From a virus: a stretch of 64,000 nt of DNA. A program made the translations under genes and the position numbers. Shown here piece by piece: positions 31,575 through 39,314 of the stretch. How positions within the stretch are numbered: position 1 is the first letter of the stretch; every line of letters starts with the position of its first letter. The notes below the pieces were generated by a model. It did no database searches, was not told the DNA's origin, and saw only the letters and a program-made list of their open reading frames with translations. The stretch lies in IMG/VR virus record IMGVR_UViG_3300016643_000133, positions 1 through 64,000 of that record; one strand, given 5' to 3'.

Positions 31575-32498
31575 ATGGCAAACATATTAGTTACAGGTGG
31601 TGCAGGTTATATTGGGTCAATGTTGACACAAGACCTACTAAGTTTAGGTCATAATGTTACTGTGTTAGATAATTTTATGTATCAACAGTCATCACTTGGT
31701 CATCTATGTTATCACCCAAATTTTAGAATCTATCGTGGTGATGTGAGGGTAGAATCAGACATATTGCCAATTTTAAAGCAAGCTGATATAATTATACCTC
31801 TTGCAGCATATGTTGGCGCACCTTTGTGTGATAGGGATCCAGTTGGAGCATCTTCTACAAATAAAGATGCCATTTTTATGATGATGAAGTATTTGTCACA
31901 AGAACAAATTGTTTTAATGCCTACTACCAATAGTGCTTACGGAACAGGAGATTATTGTGATGAAACTTCACCTTTAAATCCTATTTCTCGTTATGCTAAA
32001 GATAAAGTAGAAGTAGAAAAGATTTTAATGGACCATCCAAATGCTACAAGTTTTAGGCTTGCAACTGTATTTGGTATGTCACCAAGAATGAGAATTGATT
32101 TGTTGGTAAATGATATGACTTACCGTGCTGTGCATGATGGTTTTGTTGTGTTATTTGAATCGCATTTTAAGCGAAACTACATTCATGTATTAGATGTATG
32201 CCAAGCATTTACAATGGCAATAGAAAATAAGAATATGAGAGGTCAAATTTATAATGTTGGCCTTTCAACTGCCAATGTTTCAAAGCGTGAACTATGTGAT
32301 ACAATTAAAAAATATGTACCACGATTTGAAATTGTTGAAGCAGAAATTGGTAGAGATAAAGACCAAAGAAACTATATGGTTTCCAATGAAAAGATTGAAA
32401 AAGAAGGATTTAAACCTAACTTTGATTTAGATATGGGTATTCAAGAGTTACTTAAAGGATATGCCATGCTAAAGAATACCAAATATGGAAATGTTTGA
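31575..32498 (+). CDS. NAD-dependent sugar epimerase/reductase (extended SDR)
   Basis: VTGGAGYIGS; YAKDK (YxxxK); RLATVFG. Confidence 0.92.
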   Translation: MANILVTGGAGYIGSMLTQDLLSLGHNVTVLDNFMYQQSSLGHLCYHPNFRIYRGDVRVESDILPILKQADIIIPLAAYVGAPLCDRDPVGASSTNKDAIFMMMKYLSQEQIVLMPTTNSAYGTGDYCDETSPLNPISRYAKDKVEVEKILMDHPNATSFRLATVFGMSPRMRIDLLVNDMTYRAVHDGFVVLFESHFKRNYIHVLDVCQAFTMAIENKNMRGQIYNVGLSTANVSKRELCDTIKKYVPRFEIVEAEIGRDKDQRNYMVSNEKIEKEGFKPNFDLDMGIQELLKGYAMLKNTKYGNV

Positions 32499-32940
32499 AT
32501 ATAACCGCTTGCTTTTAGATAAGGCTTGTGTTATAATTACCAAACACTTAACACCAGATTTATTACCAAAAAAGTGGGTAGAAAGAAACTCTACGAATCC
32601 TATGTTTGGTCATTGTCATACTGCATCAGCTTGCCTACAGAAATTATTTGGTAGCAAGAACATAAAGTTGTACCGTGCATTAGACGATGAAGGAATCTGG
32701 CATTGGTGGGCAGTAACTAAAGAAGGAGAAACAATTGACATTACAGCGGACCAATACTACTCTCAGAACAGAGTACCGCCATACGATAAAGGGGAGAAAG
32801 CTTCAATGTTAGGATTTGATTACAGAAAAAGAGTGTTGAAGCTTCTGGATATAGTTAGTAACAAATTACTTGCAACCGGAACACCACCATTATTACATAT
32901 GTCAAGCGTAAAAAGAGGCGAAGATGACAAAAGCAACTAA
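32485..32940 (+). CDS. YunG/transglutaminase-like protein
   Basis: GHCHTAS, HWW, IDITADQY: candidate Cys-His-Asp triad. Confidence 0.6.
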   Translation: MEMFEYNRLLLDKACVIITKHLTPDLLPKKWVERNSTNPMFGHCHTASACLQKLFGSKNIKLYRALDDEGIWHWWAVTKEGETIDITADQYYSQNRVPPYDKGEKASMLGFDYRKRVLKLLDIVSNKLLATGTPPLLHMSSVKRGEDDKSN

Positions 32941-33466
32941 ACATTATGTGAACAATGCCGACTTTCTAGCAGCATTGATTGAATACAAAAAGGCTTGTGA
33001 TGAAGCCAAAAAGAATAAGAAACCAGAACCATCAATACCAAATTACATTGGTGAATGTTTTCTGAAGATTGCAGACCACCTGTCACGCAAACCAAACTTT
33101 ATTTCTTATTCTTTCCGTGACGAGATGATTGCAGATGGCATTGAAAACTGCCTGATGTATTTCCGTAACTTTGACCCGGACAAATCAAAGAACCCATTCG
33201 CTTATTTCACACAGATTATTTACTATGCTTTCCTGCGTAGAATTATGAAAGAGAAAAAGCAACTCTATGTCAAGTATAAGGCAACAGAGCAGTTTGGTAT
33301 TTTAGATGAATTTGAAATGTTTGAAGATTCTGACGGCAATATGAGGCAATTTGAATTGTATGACAACATCTCTGAGTTCATTCATAATTTTGAAGAAAAC
33401 AAACGCAAGAAAAAAGAAGGCAAACAAAAAGGTCTAGAGAAGTTTTTAGAAGAAGATTTGCCGTGA
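32924..33466 (+). CDS. gp55: Late sigma factor gp55
   Basis: HYVNNADF; YIGECFLKIA; NPFAYFTQIIYYAFLRRI. Confidence 0.96.
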   Translation: MTKATKHYVNNADFLAALIEYKKACDEAKKNKKPEPSIPNYIGECFLKIADHLSRKPNFISYSFRDEMIADGIENCLMYFRNFDPDKSKNPFAYFTQIIYYAFLRRIMKEKKQLYVKYKATEQFGILDEFEMFEDSDGNMRQFELYDNISEFIHNFEENKRKKKEGKQKGLEKFLEEDLP

Positions 33467-33594
33467 AATACTTGACAATTGTATTGTGTTGTTGTATAAT
33501 GACAGGGTGTGCGCCATTTCTATTGTTGGCACACAAAAACTGCAAACAAGAAAACCCATGTCAAGGTCCAAAGGTTAAAATATTGGAGTGGTAA
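33463..33594 (+). CDS. Putative small lipoprotein (43 aa, missing from the ORF track)
   Basis: GTGA overlap with the gp55 stop; MKYLTIVLCCCIMTGC-APF signal plus lipobox; stop abuts the next ATG. Confidence 0.5.
   Translation: MKYLTIVLCCCIMTGCAPFLLLAHKNCKQENPCQGPKVKILEW
33472..33500 (+). promoter_or_regulatory. Consensus sigma70 promoter for the gp47-gp46 operon
   Basis: TTGACA-N17-TATAAT. Confidence 0.85.
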
Positions 33595-33774
33595 ATGGAT
33601 ATAAAAAAAGTAAAACATCATATAAAACATCTCCAAGAATTACATGATGATTTAGATAAACAAATTATTGAAGAAGAAAAACATTATGGTAACGATGCAT
33701 TAGTTGCCTTCTTAAAAAAGAAAAAACTTAAAATCAAAGATGAAATACAAGGTTTCAAAAGTCAAATAACATGA
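33595..33774 (+). CDS. DUF465/YdcH-like small coiled-coil protein (59 aa)
   Basis: HDDLDKQI...LKKKKLKIKDEI; SD GGAG; ATGA overlap with gp47. Confidence 0.7.
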   Translation: MDIKKVKHHIKHLQELHDDLDKQIIEEEKHYGNDALVAFLKKKKLKIKDEIQGFKSQIT

Positions 33775-34841
33775 AGATATGTATTCTTGGTGATACCCAC
33801 TTTGGTGCCCGAGGTGACTCGTTAGATTTTCACAAATACTTTGAGCGATTCTATGATGAGGTATTTTTTCCTTATCTGATTGAAAACAAGATTACTGATA
33901 TATTTCAAATGGGTGATTTATTTGACCGAAGAAAGTATATCAACTTTAATAGCCTGTATCTGTGCCGCAAATATTTTTTTGAGAAGTGCGAACAATTGAA
34001 CTTTGATGTTCACACCCTTCTTGGCAATCACGATGTAGCTTTCAAAAATACACTAGAGGTAAACTCAACTGGCTTGTTGTTGAATGAATACCACAACATC
34101 AAATGTTATAAAGAATTTGAAACAGTAGAATTTGATGGTGTTGCCGTTGACATTGTGCCTTGGATGTGTGATGAAAATGCTGAAGAAATTTTAGAAAAGA
34201 TAAAAGAATCTAGTTCTCAAATTGCTTTTGGTCACTTTGAAATTCGTGGTTTTGAAATGGACAGAGGTAATGTTTCTGAGGTAGGCATTGACAAAGACCT
34301 ATTAAAGAGTTATGATATCGTTTTGTCTGGTCACTTTCATCACAAATCATCTGACCACAACATTGTATATGTTGGCACACCTTATGAAATGACATGGTCT
34401 GATTACAATGACCCAAAAGGTTTTCATATATTTGATACGAAAACAAGGCAACTAGAGTTTATTCGTAACCCACTTACAATGTTTAACAAGGTAACATACG
34501 ATGATACCGAACTTGACTTTGATTGGTGGAAAACATATGATTTTGAATCACTCAAAAATACCTATGTTAAAGTTGTGGTATTAAACAAGCAGAATCCATT
34601 TCTGTTTGACCATGTGATAGATAATATTTACAAGGCAAGTGTTGCTGACTTGTCTATCGTAGAAGATTTTACCGATGTTCTCATTGATACTGACCAAGAC
34701 ATTGTAGACCAGGCAGAAGATACGATGACAATTCTTTCTAAGTATATTGATAACTTGACATTAGATGTGGAATCTGATAAGCTTAAAAACATTATGCGTG
34801 AATTGTATGTTGAGGCATTGAACACAGAAGTGGCTGAATGA
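33771..34841 (+). CDS. gp47: Recombination nuclease gp47 (Mre11/SbcD-like)
   Basis: GDTHFG; GDLFD; GNHD; SGHFH. Confidence 0.96.
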   Translation: MKICILGDTHFGARGDSLDFHKYFERFYDEVFFPYLIENKITDIFQMGDLFDRRKYINFNSLYLCRKYFFEKCEQLNFDVHTLLGNHDVAFKNTLEVNSTGLLLNEYHNIKCYKEFETVEFDGVAVDIVPWMCDENAEEILEKIKESSSQIAFGHFEIRGFEMDRGNVSEVGIDKDLLKSYDIVLSGHFHHKSSDHNIVYVGTPYEMTWSDYNDPKGFHIFDTKTRQLEFIRNPLTMFNKVTYDDTELDFDWWKTYDFESLKNTYVKVVVLNKQNPFLFDHVIDNIYKASVADLSIVEDFTDVLIDTDQDIVDQAEDTMTILSKYIDNLTLDVESDKLKNIMRELYVEALNTEVAE

Positions 34842-36550
34842 TATTATTTCGTAATTTAAAGTGGAAAAATTTACTAAGCACCGGCAATTATTGGACAGAA
34901 GTTAACCTGTCTAGTAATACCAATACTTTGGTTGTTGGTGAAAATGGTTCTGGTAAAAGCACAATGCTTGATGCGTTGTGTTTTGGTTTATTTGGAAAAC
35001 CATTTCGTAACATTAATAAACCACAACTCGTTAACTCAATCAATACCAAAGATTGTGTGGTTGAAGTTACATTTGATACCAACAATAAGAACTATCGTAT
35101 TGTTCGTGGCATTAAACCAAACATCTTTGAAATCTATTGTAACGGCGACCTAATCAATCAAGAAGCTGCAAGCCGTGACTATCAGGAGTTTTTAGAGAAG
35201 TTTATTCTCAAACTTAATTACAAGTCATTTACTCAGATTGTAATTCTTGGTAGTGCCTCATTTACGCCATTCATGCAGTTGTCGGCATCTGACCGAAGAG
35301 CTATCATTGAGGATTTGTTAGACATTCAAATCTTTTCTACAATGAACTCTTTAGTAAAAGACAAACTATCCAATAACAAAGATTTACTTTCACATAAGAA
35401 ACATGAGATAGAACTTGCACAACAGAAATACGATATGCAGAAGAAGCATATTGAAGAACTCAAACAAAACAATGAAGATAAGGTGAACGAATATGTTACG
35501 GAAATTTCATGTCATAATGATACCGTATCCTCACTATTGGCAAATGTTACAATCCTTGCATCCGAAGTCCAGTCGCTGCAAGAAATTGTGGCAACTAAAA
35601 TTGAAACAGAGGCTAAGGTCAAGAAGATTACAAAAATTGAATCTCAAATTGAAACAAACTTATCCAAATTTCAAAAAGATATCAGTTTCTTTCAATCGCA
35701 TGACAATTGTCCAACCTGTAGGCAAACCATTGCCATGGAATTTAAAGAAGAAGAACTTGGCAATCTCAATACCAAAGTTATGGAGTGCAAACACGGTCTC
35801 ACTCAACTAGAACAAAAACTAAATGAAGAACAAGAAAAGTTGAATGACATTAATGAGAAGCAAAAACTCATTAATAAAAAGCAAGTTGAGATTGCAACAA
35901 ACAATACCACAATCAACGAAACAAATAAACTGATTGCTCGTTTAAGTAAATTGGTAGATGAGTTGAAAGAATCTAAAGTAGTATCAGAAAAGGAAGAACA
36001 AGAATTAAGTAACATAAATGTATCATTAAAAGAGTTAAAGCAACATTTATGTGACCTTATAGATGAACGGACATATTATGAAGTCGCAAGCAATTTGCTA
36101 AAAGATACCGGCATCAAAACAAAGATTGTGAAACAGTATTTGCCAATCATCAATAAATTGGTGAATAAGTATTTGGCATCACTAGATTTCTTTGTCAACT
36201 TTAACCTTGATGAATCATTTAAAGAAACAATCAAATCACGCCATCGTGACGAATTTACCTATAACAATTTTAGTGAAGGTGAGAAACAAAGAATTGACAT
36301 GGCATTGATGCTGACTTGGCGTGCTGTTGCTAAGTTAAAGAATTCGTCAAATACCAATCTATTGATACTTGATGAAACATTTGATTCTAGCCTTGATGCC
36401 AATGGCACAGAAGAATTGATGAAGATTCTACATATGCTAGAAGGTGTAAACTTGTTTGTTATCTCACACAAAGGAGATATACTGCAAGACAAATTTGCAA
36501 ATGTGATTCGTTTTGCCAAAGAAAAGAATTTTTCAAGGATAATAAAATGA
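34838..36550 (+). CDS. gp46: Recombination ATPase gp46 (Rad50/SbcC-like)
   Basis: GENGSGKS; CPTC hook; FSEGEK; LDETFD; ISH. Confidence 0.97.
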   Translation: MILFRNLKWKNLLSTGNYWTEVNLSSNTNTLVVGENGSGKSTMLDALCFGLFGKPFRNINKPQLVNSINTKDCVVEVTFDTNNKNYRIVRGIKPNIFEIYCNGDLINQEAASRDYQEFLEKFILKLNYKSFTQIVILGSASFTPFMQLSASDRRAIIEDLLDIQIFSTMNSLVKDKLSNNKDLLSHKKHEIELAQQKYDMQKKHIEELKQNNEDKVNEYVTEISCHNDTVSSLLANVTILASEVQSLQEIVATKIETEAKVKKITKIESQIETNLSKFQKDISFFQSHDNCPTCRQTIAMEFKEEELGNLNTKVMECKHGLTQLEQKLNEEQEKLNDINEKQKLINKKQVEIATNNTTINETNKLIARLSKLVDELKESKVVSEKEEQELSNINVSLKELKQHLCDLIDERTYYEVASNLLKDTGIKTKIVKQYLPIINKLVNKYLASLDFFVNFNLDESFKETIKSRHRDEFTYNNFSEGEKQRIDMALMLTWRAVAKLKNSSNTNLLILDETFDSSLDANGTEELMKILHMLEGVNLFVISHKGDILQDKFANVIRFAKEKNFSRIIK

Positions 36551-36729
36551 CCAAAGACCAAATTCGTATTACTGATGGGTATGAAAGAACAGTAGATATT
36601 TTACCTACAAATGATGGTCAATATCAGGCTATAATGTTTGAAGCATCTACTGACTATCATCAAAATGCATGGTTTGCTACACTAGAAGAAGTTAAAAAAT
36701 TTGCTGAAAGTTGGGTGAATAGAAAATGA
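36547..36729 (+). CDS. Hypothetical protein
   Basis: ATGA overlaps at both ends. Confidence 0.6.
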   Translation: MTKDQIRITDGYERTVDILPTNDGQYQAIMFEASTDYHQNAWFATLEEVKKFAESWVNRK

Positions 36730-37298
36730 GCGATATCTTAACCATTGACACCGGTGCTGGTGTAACATATAAACAAACACTAGACCCTTTGCCATTGTTT
36801 GACGAAAATCATCCGATGTTAAAGATGGTAATACCTGATTATAAACAAGCACTACCAAACCCAATTATGACAAATCTGGTAAAGCGTTTGCATATGACCA
36901 GAAAATTATATGGTGGTATTGGTCTTTCTGCCAATCAATGTGGTGTATTTGAAAGAGTGTTTGTAATTGGTACTGACCACTTTGATTTGGCTTGTATCAA
37001 CCCAAAAGTAATTGAAATGTCGGCAGATGTAATGAAAAGTGATGAGGGTTGCCTCTCTTACCCAGGCCTGTATGTTAAAATAGACAGACCAAATTGGGTT
37101 CAGGTTGAGTTTACTGATGAAAATGGACAAACAAAACAAACTCGCCTAGAAGGTCTAAGTGCAAGATGTTTTTTACATGAACTTGACCATATGAACGGCA
37201 AAAAGTTTGTTGAGTATGTAGGCCCTGTTGCATTACAAATGGCAAGAAAAAAACAGGAAAAAATAATGAAGAAGGTTATTCGTAATAGAAAGAAATAA
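36726..37298 (+). CDS. def: Peptide deformylase
   Basis: GIGLSANQ, EGCLS, HELDH motifs. Confidence 0.95.
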   Translation: MSDILTIDTGAGVTYKQTLDPLPLFDENHPMLKMVIPDYKQALPNPIMTNLVKRLHMTRKLYGGIGLSANQCGVFERVFVIGTDHFDLACINPKVIEMSADVMKSDEGCLSYPGLYVKIDRPNWVQVEFTDENGQTKQTRLEGLSARCFLHELDHMNGKKFVEYVGPVALQMARKKQEKIMKKVIRNRKK

Positions 37299-38575
37299 TG
37301 GCTTATAGTTTTGACCCTAAAGATGATGTAGAAACACAATGGCAGAAATGGCAAGAACAAACGCCAATTAAGCCATTGTCTTTCACCGAAGATGAACTGC
37401 GTGATAGAACCATCAAAGAACTAGGCTATGTTTCACAAATGGATGTGAAAGAATATACCTTGTTTCAAAAGTGGTGTGAAGTGCAAGAAAAATACCCATC
37501 TATTGTAACACAAACATTATGGGGTGAAGAATGTCTGTTAGAAGATGAGGGTCAACGCCGGGCCATACAAGAAATCAAAAACAATTTTTGGATACCAAAC
37601 GACCCTGATGCATACTTGGCATTAGAACCTGAGCTTGTATATGCCAATAAACAAGATAATTTACCTGAATTGTGGAATTGTATTCGCACATTTTCTTCTA
37701 CGATGAAGAATAATTCCAACATTGGTCGCAATCTAAACTTTATTGTCAAAGATAAACCAACACAAAAATATCTTGGTGTTATTTGTATTTCATCTGACTT
37801 TTTAGATTTGACACCAAGAGATAACTTTATTGGTTGGAGTAGAGAAAAGAAAACACAAGGCGGTATGATTAACCATACTGCGATTGGTTCTACAATTGTG
37901 CCATTACAACCTCTTGGTTTTAATTATGTTGGCGGTAAATTGTTGGCTTTGCTTTGTTTAGCCACACCCATACAAGAACTATGGGAAAAACTATATGGTG
38001 ATAAGTTGGTAAGTATTACAACAACATCACTTTATGGTAAAACAAAAGCTGGTGGGTTGTCCCAATACGATAATCTGGACTACTGGCAGCCAATGGGCTT
38101 TACCTCAGGTTCAGTATCGTTTGAACCATTGCAAGATACTCGTTACATGATTCGTGAGTGGTTGAAAGTAAACCATACACGAAAGTATTTTGAATGGTAT
38201 GTAGCAAAGAAACCAAGTGGTCAACCGCATAAGCGTGACCACAAAAATCGTTCATTGTCTTTTGCTTATGCTAAGTTATCTGTGCCAAAAGAATTGATTC
38301 GTTCTGAACACGCAAGAGGCATTTACTTTGCACCTTTGTATGATAAGACCTGCGAATTTCTCCGCGGCGATAATGATGGCAAAGATATGAAAAAGTTGTT
38401 TAATACTGATGTAGAAAGCCTAAGTAATATATGGAAAGAGAAACACGCCAAACCAAGAATTAAACAGTTGGTTAAAAAAGGCAGAGTTTCTTCTGACACT
38501 CTTTTCTATGATGACCTTACCGTGTTATCATGGGAAGAAACAAAGGCTAAATATCTTATACAGGTTGGCAGATAA
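37298..38575 (+). CDS. DUF4338/Druantia DruA-like protein, paralog 1
   Basis: IVPLQPLGFNYVGGKLLALLC; TTTSLYG; SQYD; GFTSG. Confidence 0.7.
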   Translation: MAYSFDPKDDVETQWQKWQEQTPIKPLSFTEDELRDRTIKELGYVSQMDVKEYTLFQKWCEVQEKYPSIVTQTLWGEECLLEDEGQRRAIQEIKNNFWIPNDPDAYLALEPELVYANKQDNLPELWNCIRTFSSTMKNNSNIGRNLNFIVKDKPTQKYLGVICISSDFLDLTPRDNFIGWSREKKTQGGMINHTAIGSTIVPLQPLGFNYVGGKLLALLCLATPIQELWEKLYGDKLVSITTTSLYGKTKAGGLSQYDNLDYWQPMGFTSGSVSFEPLQDTRYMIREWLKVNHTRKYFEWYVAKKPSGQPHKRDHKNRSLSFAYAKLSVPKELIRSEHARGIYFAPLYDKTCEFLRGDNDGKDMKKLFNTDVESLSNIWKEKHAKPRIKQLVKKGRVSSDTLFYDDLTVLSWEETKAKYLIQVGR

Positions 38576-39002
38576 AACCTTTATGATTTGATTGTTTTCC
38601 TTTAGAAACATTTATCATACCACTCTGAAAAAGGCCATTCTCTTTACAGAATTTTGTTAAATTTTTTATTAATAATTTTGTTCCGTCAGGATAAGTAATT
38701 AACCATTCTTTAGAAAGTGTGTTTGCTATTTTTTGTTTTTGTGATTCATAATTAGGTATGCCTTTGTTCCAAGGTATTTTTCCTTTATTTGCTTCACTCT
38801 GTTTCTTTTTTGTTTCTTCGGATAGTTTTTTACCTAAGTTTATTTCTCGCAACAACTGTTTAGTAGAATCATCAAGTTTTTCACCTGGAATTCCACCATA
38901 AGAATGAAAAGCATCTTTAGGTATTTTTAATGGATTATTTTTACACCATTCACGAAGTTCAATAATAAATGGGTCATTTTTATTTCTCAAATAAATATCC
39001 AT
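38556..39002 (-). CDS. NUMOD3/HTH DNA-binding protein (homing endonuclease remnant, no clear nuclease domain)
   Basis: KKLSEETKKKQSEANKGKIPWNKG; NLTKFCKENGL; own late promoter and SD; the only credible minus-strand gene. Confidence 0.8.
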   Translation of the reverse strand: MDIYLRNKNDPFIIELREWCKNNPLKIPKDAFHSYGGIPGEKLDDSTKQLLREINLGKKLSEETKKKQSEANKGKIPWNKGIPNYESQKQKIANTLSKEWLITYPDGTKLLIKNLTKFCKENGLFQSGMINVSKGKQSNHKGFICQPV

Positions 39003-39068
39003 GCTGGCATAGTTCCTTTATGTTAGAGTGGGTGAGAACGGCAATTCTGCGACCCACACCTATTTATG
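39000..39068 (-). ncRNA. Structured 5' leader, copy 2, with late promoter CATAAATA
   Basis: Reverse complement: CATAAATA GGTG TGGGT CGC AGAA TTGCCG TTCT C ACCCA CTCTA ACATA AAGGAAC TATGC CAGC ATG. Confidence 0.7.
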
Positions 39069-39079
39069 CCTTAAAACTA

Positions 39080-39109
39080 TTGACTTTTAGCATAAGTATT
39101 TGATATAAT
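39080..39109 (+). promoter_or_regulatory. Sigma70 promoter for the tRNA-like RNA
   Basis: TTGACT-N18-TATAAT with extended -10 TG. Confidence 0.7.
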
Positions 39110-39119
39110 ATCCTTTCAT

Positions 39120-39182
39120 GCGGTGAGTCCGAGACAACCTACCCCCGTAGGCAGACAGGTTTAACTCCTGTTAACCGCTCCA
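39120..39182 (+). ncRNA. tRNA-like small RNA (63 nt, encoded CCA)
   Basis: Acceptor GCGGTGA/TAACCGC plus T-CCA; T-arm ACAGG-TTTAACT-CCTGT; CCTAC-CCCC-GTAGG arm; minimal D arm. Confidence 0.7.
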
Positions 39183-39255
39183 TTCATGTAAGTAAGTGGT
39201 CACTAACATAGACCTGGTATGCAATAGAAGGTGTTGTTTTTATGCAACAACCCTA

Positions 39256-39284
39256 TTGACAAACCGGCCAAATGGTGATATAAT
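39256..39284 (+). promoter_or_regulatory. Consensus early (sigma70) promoter
   Basis: TTGACA-N17-TATAAT with extended -10 TG. Confidence 0.9.
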
Positions 39285-39314
39285 GGTTAAATAATAATGA
39301 GTAAGGGTATTTCC

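Noticed and set aside
32885-32906. Minus-strand TTGACA upstream of gp55 as an antisense promoter
   Set aside because: No -10 element at 16-18 nt spacing
39120-39182. Canonical tRNA-Gly(CCC)
   Set aside because: No 7-nt anticodon loop with U33 can be drawn and the D arm is truncated; reported as tRNA-like instead
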